A stretch of DNA of 64,000 nucleotides. It comes from a virus. Below the pieces are notes generated by a model. That model was not told where the DNA came from. It ran no database searches and worked only from the letters and a program-made list of their open reading frames with translations. The translations under genes and the position numbers were made by a program. The stretch lies in IMG/VR virus record IMGVR_UViG_3300044260_000037, positions 5,554-69,553 of that record; one strand, given 5' to 3'. Below are positions 29,144 through 39,002 of the stretch, piece after piece (the first letter of the stretch is position 1; the number at the start of each line of letters is the position of its first letter).

Positions 29144-30904
29144 ATGAAATGGACTAGATCTTTTCTGGCAGTATTGGTGGTTTTACTCATACCAACAGTC
29201 GGGTTTGCCTGGGAGTTTCAGATGACCGGCTATTATGAACAGACCTTCAGTTACCTTTCAAGAGTGGGCCCGGGCGATCTCTTTGGTAACACTGAAGCAG
29301 CACAAGCCTTGACTCCAATAACTCCAGGACTCACCACAATAGGCTTGTCTGGCCCGGTTAATGGGGTCGTTTCTCCTGAAGGCCTATCAAGCAAAGGGTC
29401 CGATGGCTCCTGGCTAATGGATCGATTCGTCTTGTATCCTACCCTGAAAATTACTCCGGCGATTAAGCTCAATACGATTGTCGGCATTCAAGGCAGCTTG
29501 AACGGGCCGTATCAGGGCGGTGTAAACTGGACAGACAGTATCCATAGGTGGGGCTCCTATAATATCAATTCGAGGTCTGAGTCTATTTGGGACCCCATGG
29601 CCGCAGTCTTAGTGCGAGCAGCGTGGGCGCAGATCGAGACTCCGATAGCTCGTATAGAGTTTGGACGCAGACCTTTTGGATTCGGCCTCGGCTGGTCCGG
29701 CTTCAGCAAGGAGGATTATGCAGACACTAGCCTTGCCTTTACTATTCCCTATGGGCCGTTGTCCTTCTTGGCCGCAGTTAACCTTACAAATACTGGTGAG
29801 CAAACCGATCCCTACGACAGCAGGGATGTGAACCTCACGCCAAGGACGGTTGTTAGCTCTGTGGATCGAAACGAAATCCAGACACAGAATTGGTATGTGG
29901 GAACGGTTTATACTAACGGGCCGCTAGAAATAGGCGTCCTCGGGAAGATGACTAAGTATCAGCGTGTTCATGCCTTCCCGAATGCCGGACTTACTTTGCG
30001 GGATGATCAGACCGCCTCGTTTGCGGCCATGTTCCTGTCCGCCTTTCGTAACAGCACCGGAGGCGGAGGAGGAGCAGGTAGCAGCATTCCTATTTATGGT
30101 GATGTGACGCTGGTTACAGTTCCGATTTATATGAAGTACTTCGACGGTCGGTTTTTCTTCAATGCCGAATACGACTTCCAGCGGCTTTATACTAGCAGGG
30201 ACGGCGGACGACCCATTTCAGGATCGCCTAATGCCTGGATGTTAGAGCTTGGCGGACTTGCCGGCCCGGCAAGACTATCGCTTGCAGCCTTCTGGCGATC
30301 CGGCCATGACCGGCAGGGCGGACTCCTAGACACCAGTTCCGCCAGCGGATCCACCGGCACCGCCACACAAGTCGGCGATTCATGGTTGCAATACATTGGC
30401 GGTGCAGGCAACGCCGTCGAGCCTTATAACTGGATTCTAGGATGGTATGGCACCGGAAACAACAGCTATGATGCAGTCGGTCGGCCCATTTATACTGACT
30501 TCAAGGCATTTGCGGGCCGCTTTGATTATGCTGTTGCAGCGAACCTCAATGTTTGGGCTTCGTATATTTATGCAAACCGGGCCAGTAATACCGGCTCATG
30601 GTGGGGACAATATAACGGCGGTGTTGGCACAGTTCCGGTGGTCCGTGGCAATAATGTCGCAGACGACAATCTTGGATGGGAAGCGGACGTCGGCACTTCA
30701 TGGAAGCTGCTTGAAAACCTTACCTGGGAGTTTAAGTTCGGCTATTGGAAGCCAGGAGACTGGTTCAAGACAGCATATCAGAACCTCGGCTCGACAAATA
30801 CCTTAGCCAGCGGCGCATTTGGCGCACAATCGGTTCCGGTAGACCCGAACCGCAGCATCGATCCTATTATCGGGCTTCAGTCCGTCATTAGGATAGACTT
30901 CTAA
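29144..30904 (+). CDS. Outer-membrane beta-barrel (porin-like) protein
   Basis: Signal peptide ending VGFA-WEF; amphipathic strands (DYAVAANLNVWASY, LGWEADVGTSWKLLE); C-terminal Phe. Confidence 0.75.
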   Translation: MKWTRSFLAVLVVLLIPTVGFAWEFQMTGYYEQTFSYLSRVGPGDLFGNTEAAQALTPITPGLTTIGLSGPVNGVVSPEGLSSKGSDGSWLMDRFVLYPTLKITPAIKLNTIVGIQGSLNGPYQGGVNWTDSIHRWGSYNINSRSESIWDPMAAVLVRAAWAQIETPIARIEFGRRPFGFGLGWSGFSKEDYADTSLAFTIPYGPLSFLAAVNLTNTGEQTDPYDSRDVNLTPRTVVSSVDRNEIQTQNWYVGTVYTNGPLEIGVLGKMTKYQRVHAFPNAGLTLRDDQTASFAAMFLSAFRNSTGGGGGAGSSIPIYGDVTLVTVPIYMKYFDGRFFFNAEYDFQRLYTSRDGGRPISGSPNAWMLELGGLAGPARLSLAAFWRSGHDRQGGLLDTSSASGSTGTATQVGDSWLQYIGGAGNAVEPYNWILGWYGTGNNSYDAVGRPIYTDFKAFAGRFDYAVAANLNVWASYIYANRASNTGSWWGQYNGGVGTVPVVRGNNVADDNLGWEADVGTSWKLLENLTWEFKFGYWKPGDWFKTAYQNLGSTNTLASGAFGAQSVPVDPNRSIDPIIGLQSVIRIDF

Positions 30905-30915
30905 AGGAGGCGAAC

Positions 30916-31074
30916 ATGCCAGGTATCATTGCAGGCTGGGGATTCCGGCTATTAGCAGGCTGGGCCATTGTTTCCGGGATTTGTATAGTCTTCGGAGTAG
31001 GGCATCCTGTTCTTAACTGGGTTTTAGGCGCAGTACTCGCCATTGCTGGCGGGTTGATCTTATTTAGCAAGTAA
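30916..31074 (+). CDS. Small membrane protein (52 aa, 2 TM)
   Basis: AGGAGG RBS; MPGIIAGWGFRLL...GGLILFSK. Confidence 0.65.
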   Translation: MPGIIAGWGFRLLAGWAIVSGICIVFGVGHPVLNWVLGAVLAIAGGLILFSK

Positions 31075-31085
31075 AGGAGGCTCCA

Positions 31086-31208
31086 ATGTTTGAGTTTCTA
31101 ATCGGCGGCGCAGTCGGCCTATTTATAGGTTGGCTGTTTTTGCCTTGTCCTGTAGCTGTTAGGGCTTGGTGGGATTCTATATTGCACAAAACTCCGCCAA
31201 CAGCATAA
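31086..31208 (+). CDS. Small membrane protein (40 aa)
   Basis: AGGAGG RBS; MFEFLIGGAVGLFIGWLFLP. Confidence 0.6.
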   Translation: MFEFLIGGAVGLFIGWLFLPCPVAVRAWWDSILHKTPPTA

Positions 31209-31218
31209 AGGAGTTGCT

Positions 31219-31872
31219 GTGGGCAGAATAAAAGACCTAGCAGGTCAGACATTTGGCAGACTTTCAGCAATTGCACCAGCAGGAAAAACAACCTGGGGAG
31301 GTGTAATTTGGAAGTGCCTTTGTCAATGCGGGCAGCATGTGGCCGTTCCATCAGGACATCTGAGAAGCGGCCACACAAAAAGCTGCGGCTGCTGGAATGA
31401 CGAAATGAGAACAAGAACACACAAAACACACGGACTTACTATGTCTAAGGAGTATGAAGTTTGGGCGTCGATGAAAACTAGATGTAATAATAAAAGGCAT
31501 TCTGGGTTTAATAGCTATGGAGGCCGAGGGATACAAGTCTGCGCTCGTTGGCATAATTCTTTTGAGAATTTTTTGGAAGACATGGGGGCTTGTCCGAAAG
31601 GAATGTCCATTGAGCGCATTGATAACAATAAAGGATACAGTCCAAGCAATTGTAAGTGGGCAACTAGAATCGAACAAGCGCGCAACACGAGAACAAACCA
31701 TATAGTACAGTATGAAGGCAAGCAGCTGACTATAAGTGCTTGGGCAAAAGAAGTAGGGATTTCTAAAGGATGTCTTTATGATCGAATATCTAGGAATAAA
31801 TGGCCTATAGAAAAAGCACTGACAATTCCGCCAAGGAATTGCAGTAAGAAAGCAAAAAGCATAGTCAGCTAG
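31219..31872 (+). mobile_element. Free-standing HNH-family homing endonuclease
   Basis: DLAGQTFGRL, WKCLCQCG, KSCGC, YGGRGIQVC, IERIDNNKGYSPSNCKWAT. Confidence 0.88.
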
Positions 31873-31956
31873 GCCGCACGGGTCGCTCCAGGCATGAAAG
31901 CGATCAAGGTTCTTGGCTTGCCTTGTTTCCTTGCGGCCTCATTTAATGGAGTTGTC

Positions 31957-32343
31957 ATGAAGCATTACAACTTCGTCCAGGGGCTTCTCATTGGTGTCTG
32001 CCTGTGGGGTGCAATATCTGTAGGCTTGCGATATCTTCATTACCAATGGGAAGCCCCTATTCCCCGTGTTATCATGGTTCCCCCGTATTCACAGCTTGCC
32101 AAGCCGCAAGTAAAAGCACGCACCTATGCCTCGTCCAAACTAGAAATTGACCAGTATGTCAAAAGCGAGACGCAGCGGCTCGAAAAGGTAACAGAGAAAC
32201 TCGGAACGCGTCCATGGGAAGCTATCAAAGAGACGGCATCATTCCTGGCTAATATTGTTACGATTGTAGGCCCTATGTTTAGTGGCTTGATGTCTTTGAT
32301 CCTATGGCGCAGGCAGCGGCGGCTTTTAATGGTAACCAAATGA
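31957..32343 (+). CDS. Membrane protein
   Basis: GGAG RBS; N- and C-terminal hydrophobic helices. Confidence 0.55.
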   Translation: MKHYNFVQGLLIGVCLWGAISVGLRYLHYQWEAPIPRVIMVPPYSQLAKPQVKARTYASSKLEIDQYVKSETQRLEKVTEKLGTRPWEAIKETASFLANIVTIVGPMFSGLMSLILWRRQRRLLMVTK

Positions 32344-32738
32344 TTATTGCAGCACTCTTAGAATGGGCGAAAAGTAATCCCATGCTCGCCCTTGCCATCG
32401 TAGTCATTGTGGGTTTAGGGGGCACTTGTAGCGCACTTTATATCGACACGCACCGGCTCAAGTCTAAGATGGTTGATTTTCAAAAAGAGAATGCAGCATT
32501 GAAGGTTCAAATATCGACATACATTGCAATGACAGAGGGCGCTGCGGACCAGATTAAGCTGGCCCAAGAGCAGTGTAGGAGGTTGATGGAGTATGAAGAG
32601 AATAAACCTAAGCCTCGCCCTTATAGTGGCGATGATGATGACATCGACGCTCTTGTTCAGCGGCTGCTCGACGACCCTACCAGAGGCCCGGTTAATGCCC
32701 CTGGCAAAGATACAAGTCCCGCCGCCCCCGAAAACTGA
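32340..32738 (+). CDS. Rz-like inner-membrane spanin
   Basis: N-terminal TM, then coiled coil; 3' end overlapped by a lipoprotein ORF in another frame. Confidence 0.65.
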   Translation: MIIAALLEWAKSNPMLALAIVVIVGLGGTCSALYIDTHRLKSKMVDFQKENAALKVQISTYIAMTEGAADQIKLAQEQCRRLMEYEENKPKPRPYSGDDDDIDALVQRLLDDPTRGPVNAPGKDTSPAAPEN

Positions 32739-33066
32739 ACCGATCCTCGGCCTCGTTCCCCTCAAGTACGGCGAGAAAGTCCTCAACTCCGCAGGGCAGA
32801 AGCATTTCATAGTCCCCAAAGAAGGCGGCGTCTATTATCCTAAGAAATCGGCTGCGAATCAGGATTATAACAATACTCTTTGGGATTACTATTCCCAAGG
32901 CGTCGAACTCAGCGTTGGCAAGTACAATGAAGTCATTGACAAATGGAACGACAAGTTGGCAAACTTCAAACTGAGCCAGGACAACAAACGATGGTGGCAG
33001 ATATGGAAGACAGAGCCGGGTAAGTCTTTTTACGAAACCCCGAAGTCAATGGAGCACAAGTACTGA
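32593..33066 (+). CDS. Rz1-like outer-membrane lipoprotein spanin
   Basis: Lipobox LFSG-C; Pro-rich segment; GGAG RBS; overlaps the Rz-like gene by 146 nt. Confidence 0.65.
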   Translation: MKRINLSLALIVAMMMTSTLLFSGCSTTLPEARLMPLAKIQVPPPPKTEPILGLVPLKYGEKVLNSAGQKHFIVPKEGGVYYPKKSAANQDYNNTLWDYYSQGVELSVGKYNEVIDKWNDKLANFKLSQDNKRWWQIWKTEPGKSFYETPKSMEHKY

Positions 33067-33359
33067 TGAAAGAGATCACACGTAAAGGGTTCTTTTCAAC
33101 GGCCTGCCTTGTATTGGTAGGTTTGGCACTTCCGCTTAAAAAGAAACCTGTCGAAGGCTGCCGATATTGCCCACTGTGGCGGCAAACAGATCTAGTAAAC
33201 ACCAGCGGTAGAATAAAGGACAAATTCGATCTGCCTTTGTCTTTGGGCAAATGCATGGTTACCCATGACCCAAGAATAGACACTTCAATCTATGCCGGAT
33301 ATACCTGGAGCGATTCCCTTTGCTGGTGGAAGGCACAAGAGACACTGGAGCAGCAATGA
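33066..33359 (+). CDS. Hypothetical Cys-containing protein
   Basis: CRYCPLW; coupled start and stop. Confidence 0.5.
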   Translation: MKEITRKGFFSTACLVLVGLALPLKKKPVEGCRYCPLWRQTDLVNTSGRIKDKFDLPLSLGKCMVTHDPRIDTSIYAGYTWSDSLCWWKAQETLEQQ

Positions 33360-33886
33360 GCGGAAATGATCTTATCAAAGGACGGCATACATACGGCGAT
33401 CCTAATGTCATTTGGGGCGAATATCATGGTGGTAAAGTCACCACAGGCGCGTTCTGTTCCCTGGACAGCACCGCCACCTTTATGCTTGGTGGCAACCATG
33501 CCATAGACTGGGTCACGACATACCCTTTTATGTGCCTGCCTGAGTTCCCCATGCTTGCTGGTTTACCTGGCTTTGTTCAGACTAAGGGAGACATCACTGT
33601 CGGCAATGACGTCTGGATTGGGCGCAATGCAGTTATTCTTTCAGGGGTAGACATTGCCGACGGCTGCGTAATTGGTGCATTTACTACTCTTGCCAAGAGC
33701 ATCCCCCCTTATTCCGTTGCCGTAGGCAGTCCTGCACGGGTAGTCAAGAAACGGTTTACAGAGGAACAAATAGAGGCACTGCTTGAGATCAAATGGTGGA
33801 ATTGGCCTCTAGACAAGATAATAGAAAATGCTCCGCTGCTTTGCAGCACAAATGTTGGTCAGTTCATATCAAGGCACCGACCATGA
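33356..33886 (+). CDS. CatB/Vat-related hexapeptide O-acetyltransferase
   Basis: GGNH..DWVTTYPF, KGDITVGNDVWIG, GSPARVVKKRF, WWNW. Confidence 0.88.
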   Translation: MSGNDLIKGRHTYGDPNVIWGEYHGGKVTTGAFCSLDSTATFMLGGNHAIDWVTTYPFMCLPEFPMLAGLPGFVQTKGDITVGNDVWIGRNAVILSGVDIADGCVIGAFTTLAKSIPPYSVAVGSPARVVKKRFTEEQIEALLEIKWWNWPLDKIIENAPLLCSTNVGQFISRHRP

Positions 33887-34458
33887 AAACGCATAAAACG
33901 CATCAATATCATGGAATGTCAAATTTGCCTGAATATCAAGTATGGGCAGATATGAAGGCTAGATGCGGAAATCCAAAGCACCGTCAATACAAAAACTATG
34001 GAGCTAGAGGTATTGCAGTTTGTGCACAATGGACTGAATTTGCAACGTTCATAAAAGATATGGGACTAAGACCGACTGCTAGTCATAGTATCGAAAGACT
34101 TGAAAACGACAAAAATTATTGCAAAGAAAATTGTATTTGGGCGACACAGAAACAACAAAATAGAAACACTAGACAGAATCATCATTTGACTTTTAACGGA
34201 AAAACGCTTTCGATTGCAGAATGGGTAGAAATTACAGGAATAAATAGAGCAACCCTTTGTCATCGGCTCAGTTTAAGGTGGTCTGTTGAAAAAACACTGA
34301 CAACGCCTGTGCTGCACAATAAGAGATATGTAACTGTAAACGGGCTTACGCTTACTGTATCAGAATGGGCAACGCGATTAGGACTTCTGAAGCATCTTGT
34401 ATTTTACAGGATTTGGCAAGGTATGCCTGCGGAAGAGGCTTTAGGACTAAAGGAATAA
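33883..34458 (+). mobile_element. Free-standing HNH-family homing endonuclease
   Basis: HGMS..EYQVWADMKARC.NP, YGARGI.VC, SIERLENDKNY..NC.WAT..QNRN. Confidence 0.85.
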
Positions 34459-34460
34459 CA

Positions 34461-35195
34461 ATGAGTTTAACTATCGATTGTGTGATCCCGGTCAGAGACA
34501 ACGTCGAATATACCAAAGGCATACTGAATAGCATCCTTCAATGTGAAGTTAAGCCTCGGCGGCTTTATATCATTGACAACGGCAGCAGGGACTCCACGCA
34601 AGCCATTTGCATGCAGTTCAAGGTTGTTCTTGGACTGTCTTGCATGGAATATGTTCGGTTTGAAAGAAACATCGGTGTTAATGCGGCCTGGAACTATGCC
34701 TTCGAGCGCAGCGGTGACGCGGATCATATATGGGTCTTGAATAACGACATGATCCTCAATAACAGATTTTTTGAACGGACAATACGGACCTTTGAGGCGT
34801 ATCCTAATTGTGACATGGCCCAGGCCCTGGATATTGGTCATCCAGAAGTCAACCAGCCTGCCCCGGATATATTGGTATCGAATCCCGGTCGCAATATGGT
34901 TGGCTACGCTTTTACAGTAAGCAAGCGACTTTTGTCCATTGCTGGTTTAATCCCTGCATCCATGTTTATCTATTGCGGCGATCAGTGGTTGTTTGACATT
35001 GCTCGGGAAGAGAAAATGCAGATATTATTGATGCAGCATAATTATCTCTACCATTTCATATCGCAGACCTGCAAACTTCACAAAACGCATAATGATTACT
35101 TCGTGACGGATCTTCAGGAATGGCAGCGGCTCACAAAGGAGCGGTGCAGAGCAAAAGGGGTTCCTTTGCCTTGGAATGCAATCCCGTGGCACTAG
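34461..35195 (+). CDS. GT2 glycosyltransferase
   Basis: VIPV, IIDNGSRD, NIGVNAAWN, LNND, GD.W; paralogous to the 25321 GT2 domain. Confidence 0.85.
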   Translation: MSLTIDCVIPVRDNVEYTKGILNSILQCEVKPRRLYIIDNGSRDSTQAICMQFKVVLGLSCMEYVRFERNIGVNAAWNYAFERSGDADHIWVLNNDMILNNRFFERTIRTFEAYPNCDMAQALDIGHPEVNQPAPDILVSNPGRNMVGYAFTVSKRLLSIAGLIPASMFIYCGDQWLFDIAREEKMQILLMQHNYLYHFISQTCKLHKTHNDYFVTDLQEWQRLTKERCRAKGVPLPWNAIPWH

Positions 35196-35221
35196 ACTTT
35201 TCTGTCTCTATTCTTTATCAT
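35193..35221 (+). promoter_or_regulatory. Putative sigma70-type promoter upstream of the HNH gene
   Basis: TAGACT-N17-TATCAT. Confidence 0.45.
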
Positions 35222-35255
35222 TCGGCAATCCAGACCACAGACCAGAGGAGAAGAT

Positions 35256-35852
35256 ATGATCGGAAAAATCTTTAGCCGACTAACTGTAGTTGAATTCGCG
35301 GGTACGCATAAACGCTATGGCAAGAGGTGGCTTTGTCAATGCTCTTGTGGAACAACTCGGATAGTGTTGGCATATTTTTTGAAGACAGGGCACACTCGCT
35401 CTTGTGGCTGCCTTAGAAAGGAAAGTTTGTCCCGAGTAACCGGCAGTAATACGAGTAGATGGAAAGGGGGAAGAGTCTATTATGGAAAACGAGCTTATAT
35501 TTGGAAGCCGGATCATCCTCGTGCAAGTAAAAAAGGATACATAGGCGAACATATCTTAATTCTGGAAAAGAAACTTGGAAGATTTTTATTGTTTAATGAA
35601 GTTGCACACCACAAAGACAAAGACGTTACGAATAATGACCCTGGAAATTTAGAGCTTATGACAAAGGGCGACCACTCCAGATACCATAACAGCGGAGAAA
35701 AATGCAGTCTTGCAAAGCTCACAGAAAAGCAAGTTAGAGGAATTAGAGCTGCGGTGGGTAAGACACAGGTAATGTTGGCAAAAGAATATGCGATATCTCG
35801 AAGCAATATCGGAAGTATTTTGCGAAGAAAAACTTGGAAGGATCTTACATAA
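35256..35852 (+). mobile_element. HNH homing endonuclease with C-terminal HTH
   Basis: WLCQCSCG, SCGC, EVAHHKDKDVTNNDPGNLEL, AKLTEKQV. Confidence 0.85.
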
Positions 35853-35869
35853 GGATCTCGGAGAGCGAA

Positions 35870-36781
35870 ATGCGAACTATAAGATTAGCGATGGATGAGA
35901 AATGCATCTCTGAACGGAAGATTGTCGAAGATCGACTAGGCGGCGCAGAGCGTATGTTTATGCTATGGGACCGATACCTGACCCGGGCCGGATACGCTGT
36001 CTCGCGATGGCCCGCCCCTCCGCTTGGTCATTATGACCTTTGCATTCATTCGAATCAGTTCGATGGGCGCGTCCAAGCCACAAAACATTTGTTGTGGGGT
36101 GGAAGCTGGCATGTCGGCCAGTACCGGCAACATGCCGACAAAGTTGTCCTGCTCACAGATTTTATGCGGGAAAAATACGGCTGGGAGCCTGGCGCATGTG
36201 AAATCATACCCGCCCCCTATGACCATGATCTCTTGAAGTACCGGTCGAAAGACTTCATTCCCCGGCGTATAGTCAGCAATAGTAATCCAAGTCGTTTCTT
36301 TCCCCACATGGTAAAAGTAGCTGAGATGCTAGCCGCCAAAGGCGAGGAATTTGAGTGGCACTTCTGCGGCGGCAGCCAGCTATACTCGCCGAATTACCCG
36401 GAGGAATATAACCTTTATAGCGGCCCGCCTCAACTAATCTATCGCGGCTGTTTGCCCCGCCACGAGATGATTGGGATGCTTACTTTAGGGCATGTTTTGG
36501 CGTATCCTACATTCCATGATATATGGGAAACCCAAGGCGTAGCGTTTCTCGAAGCAGGTGCATTAGGCTTGCCTGTTATCCTGACTAAGATCCGGCCCCT
36601 AACAGACGTAATGCCGGAGGCTTTGTTTTGTTCCTCGCATGAGGAATTTGTAGAGGCAATCCTAGAGGCATTCAAGCATACTGGCAGAGTAGAATACCCG
36701 GAACTGGTGCGGTATGATAGCGATGTTGTCTTCGGCAAATTACTCAAGATCGTGAACGACCTTACAGGAGGGCCTGAATGA
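35870..36781 (+). CDS. Glycosyltransferase, GT-B/GT4-like
   Basis: LGGAE N-terminal motif; LAYP..ETQGVAFLEAGALGLPVI. Confidence 0.8.
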   Translation: MRTIRLAMDEKCISERKIVEDRLGGAERMFMLWDRYLTRAGYAVSRWPAPPLGHYDLCIHSNQFDGRVQATKHLLWGGSWHVGQYRQHADKVVLLTDFMREKYGWEPGACEIIPAPYDHDLLKYRSKDFIPRRIVSNSNPSRFFPHMVKVAEMLAAKGEEFEWHFCGGSQLYSPNYPEEYNLYSGPPQLIYRGCLPRHEMIGMLTLGHVLAYPTFHDIWETQGVAFLEAGALGLPVILTKIRPLTDVMPEALFCSSHEEFVEAILEAFKHTGRVEYPELVRYDSDVVFGKLLKIVNDLTGGPE

Positions 36782-37677
36782 AAGTCATTCGCCTTGCGCT
36801 CACAGAAGCCGGACTGACAGAGGAACGAATCGCCCGCGACACTCTTGGCGGGGCCGAACGATTCTTTCTAATGTGGGAGCGTTACTTATTGCAGGCGGGA
36901 TATGCAGTGTCCCGTTGGCCGCAGCCACCACAAGGTGAATATGACCTCTGTGTTCATTCAAACTTTTTTGATCACAACGTCAAAGCCAAAAAGCACTTGT
37001 TATGGGGTGGAGGATGCGAAGTAAGGGACTCGGCTCGTTTTGCGGATAGGATTGTCATTCTGACCGACTATATGCGGGAGTTATTAGGCTGGCCCGAAGG
37101 CTTTTGTGAGATCATACCCGCCCCCTATGACCATGCCCTTTTAGCTCAACGCACAGAGGACTATGTTCCGCACCGGATCGTCAGCAATAGTAATCCAAGT
37201 CGATTTTATGATCACATGGTCACTGTGGCTGATTTGCTAGTGCAGAAAGGCATAGATTTTGAGTGGCACTTTTGTGGTGGGAGCAAGCTCTATTGCGAAG
37301 CCTTCCCTGAGAGGTTTGATTTGACCTCGCATCCGAAGCTAGTTTACCGAGGTGTTCTTGGCCGACAAGAAATGATTGAAATGGTCAATAGTGGGCATGT
37401 CCTAGCCTATCCTAGTTTTGATGATATTACCTGGGAGACTCAGGGCGTCGCCTTCTTAGAGGCGGCGGCACTCGGATTGCCTGTAATTTTGACAAAGAAG
37501 CGCCCTTTCATAGACGTAATGCCGGAAGCAATCCTTATGGAAGATGTAGCAGGCTTTGTCCGTGCAATAAAAGGAGCCTTTGAGTTTAAGAAGCGAATGG
37601 TCTATTCCGAGTTAGACCGATATGACAGCGATATGATCTTTGAACGTCTCTTGCAAATTGTAAGAGATATGACTTAG
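36778..37677 (+). CDS. Glycosyltransferase, GT-B/GT4-like, tandem paralogue
   Basis: LGGAE; ETQGVAFLEAAALGLPVI; collinear with previous ORF. Confidence 0.8.
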   Translation: MKVIRLALTEAGLTEERIARDTLGGAERFFLMWERYLLQAGYAVSRWPQPPQGEYDLCVHSNFFDHNVKAKKHLLWGGGCEVRDSARFADRIVILTDYMRELLGWPEGFCEIIPAPYDHALLAQRTEDYVPHRIVSNSNPSRFYDHMVTVADLLVQKGIDFEWHFCGGSKLYCEAFPERFDLTSHPKLVYRGVLGRQEMIEMVNSGHVLAYPSFDDITWETQGVAFLEAAALGLPVILTKKRPFIDVMPEAILMEDVAGFVRAIKGAFEFKKRMVYSELDRYDSDMIFERLLQIVRDMT

Positions 37678-37696
37678 CATTTCTGGGAGGAAAAGC

Positions 37697-37894
37697 ATGT
37701 TTTCACTTACAGAGTTTAAGGTAGCACTGGACAGGTTGAAGTTGGAAAGCCCGGACGGGACCAAAGCCCGAGCAGCTGAACACTTCGACCAGGAACTGAT
37801 GAACGCACTTCCTATTCTAGTAACTCCAGATCAGATGCTCGGCATTCTTATTGGCCTGGAACTTGCTTTTCTGAGACAGGAGGAAACAAAGTGA
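37697..37894 (+). CDS. Hypothetical protein
   Basis: GGAGG RBS; 65 aa. Confidence 0.6.
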   Translation: MFSLTEFKVALDRLKLESPDGTKARAAEHFDQELMNALPILVTPDQMLGILIGLELAFLRQEETK

Positions 37895-38403
37895 TTGTTA
37901 ATGGTGTTGATTTCGGCATGTATGCCATAGCGGATGAAGATTGGGACTTTATCTATTCCGCTTGCGTCCTCAACCAGTATCAAACAGTCACGGAATTTGG
38001 AGCTGGTGCCTCGACCGTTCTCTTCGGGCTTGCCGAACTCCGCAGAATCATCGCGGTAGAAACAGACGACGCCTGCGCCGACAGGGTCCGACAGTTCAAC
38101 ATGTCAAATATTGTTGTTGTCGGGCCTAATGCAGCGATGCGGCCTTCTGACCTCGTCTTTGTTGATGGTCCCTTTATCTCTAAGGAGCGGGTAAAGAATA
38201 TCAAGGCAGCAGCAGTCCTTGCCCTCAAAGGGGTTATCCTTCATGATTCCCATGAACCCTGGATATTGGAATGGGGAGCGGAGTACCTTGCCAGCAATGG
38301 TTTTACACAAGTTGAGTTCGGCGGCTCCAAGTATGCCGCCCAGCCTCCCGGTGCTGCGCCTTACGAAAATAGATATAGGTGCACGCACTGGAGGAAGCCA
38401 TGA
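37891..38403 (+). CDS. Class I SAM methyltransferase-like protein
   Basis: EFGAGAST, AVETD, DLVFVDGP, ILHD. Confidence 0.75.
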   Translation: MIVNGVDFGMYAIADEDWDFIYSACVLNQYQTVTEFGAGASTVLFGLAELRRIIAVETDDACADRVRQFNMSNIVVVGPNAAMRPSDLVFVDGPFISKERVKNIKAAAVLALKGVILHDSHEPWILEWGAEYLASNGFTQVEFGGSKYAAQPPGAAPYENRYRCTHWRKP

Positions 38404-39002
38404 AAGGACAATCCTTTGGCCGCTTGACTGTCCTTGAATATAGAGGTAAAACCAAAAGCTACGATAAGCTATGGTTATGTCGATGCCAATGCGGCACAGA
38501 AAAAGTTATGTCCGGAAGTAGCCTTAGACGAAAAGATCGTCCTTCTCAGTCCTGCGGTTGTCTTCAAAGAGAAATTACAAGACAGAGGATCGGTGCAAAA
38601 AATAACAGATGGAATGGAGGACGTAGTTATAGTAATGGCTATTTGTTGTTGCGGATGCCCGAGTACCCTCGTGCAGATCGTCGTGGGTATGTAAGAGCCA
38701 ATATCTTCGTTTTGGAACAGAAACTCGGAAGACCTTTAGCATCTAATGAAGTGGCGCATCATATCGACGGTGATATCACAAACAATAGTCCAGATAACTT
38801 GGAGCCTAAAACACGATTTGATCATGGTAGCCATCACCATAGCGGGGAAAAATGCTGGAAGGCAAAACTTACAGAGGAACAGGTGCGGAAGATCCGAAAT
38901 TCTCCAGACAAAACACAAACCGCTCTGGCCAAAGAGTACGGCGTAACACAAGCCGCGATTTGGTATATCCTCAATAAAAGGAACTGGAGGACATGCCAAT
39001 GA
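38400..39002 (+). mobile_element. HNH homing endonuclease, paralogue of 35256-35852
   Basis: FGRLTV, WLCRCQCG, EVAHHIDGDITNNSPDNLE, AKLTEEQV. Confidence 0.85.

Noticed and set aside
33356..33886. Antibiotic resistance gene (catB/vat)
   Set aside because: The fold is shared with sugar O-acetyltransferases, and the context is a glycosyltransferase cluster
24815..39002. Group I introns housing the HNH genes
   Set aside because: Flanking genes appear complete, and the HNH ORFs overlap or abut neighbours, leaving no room for an intron core
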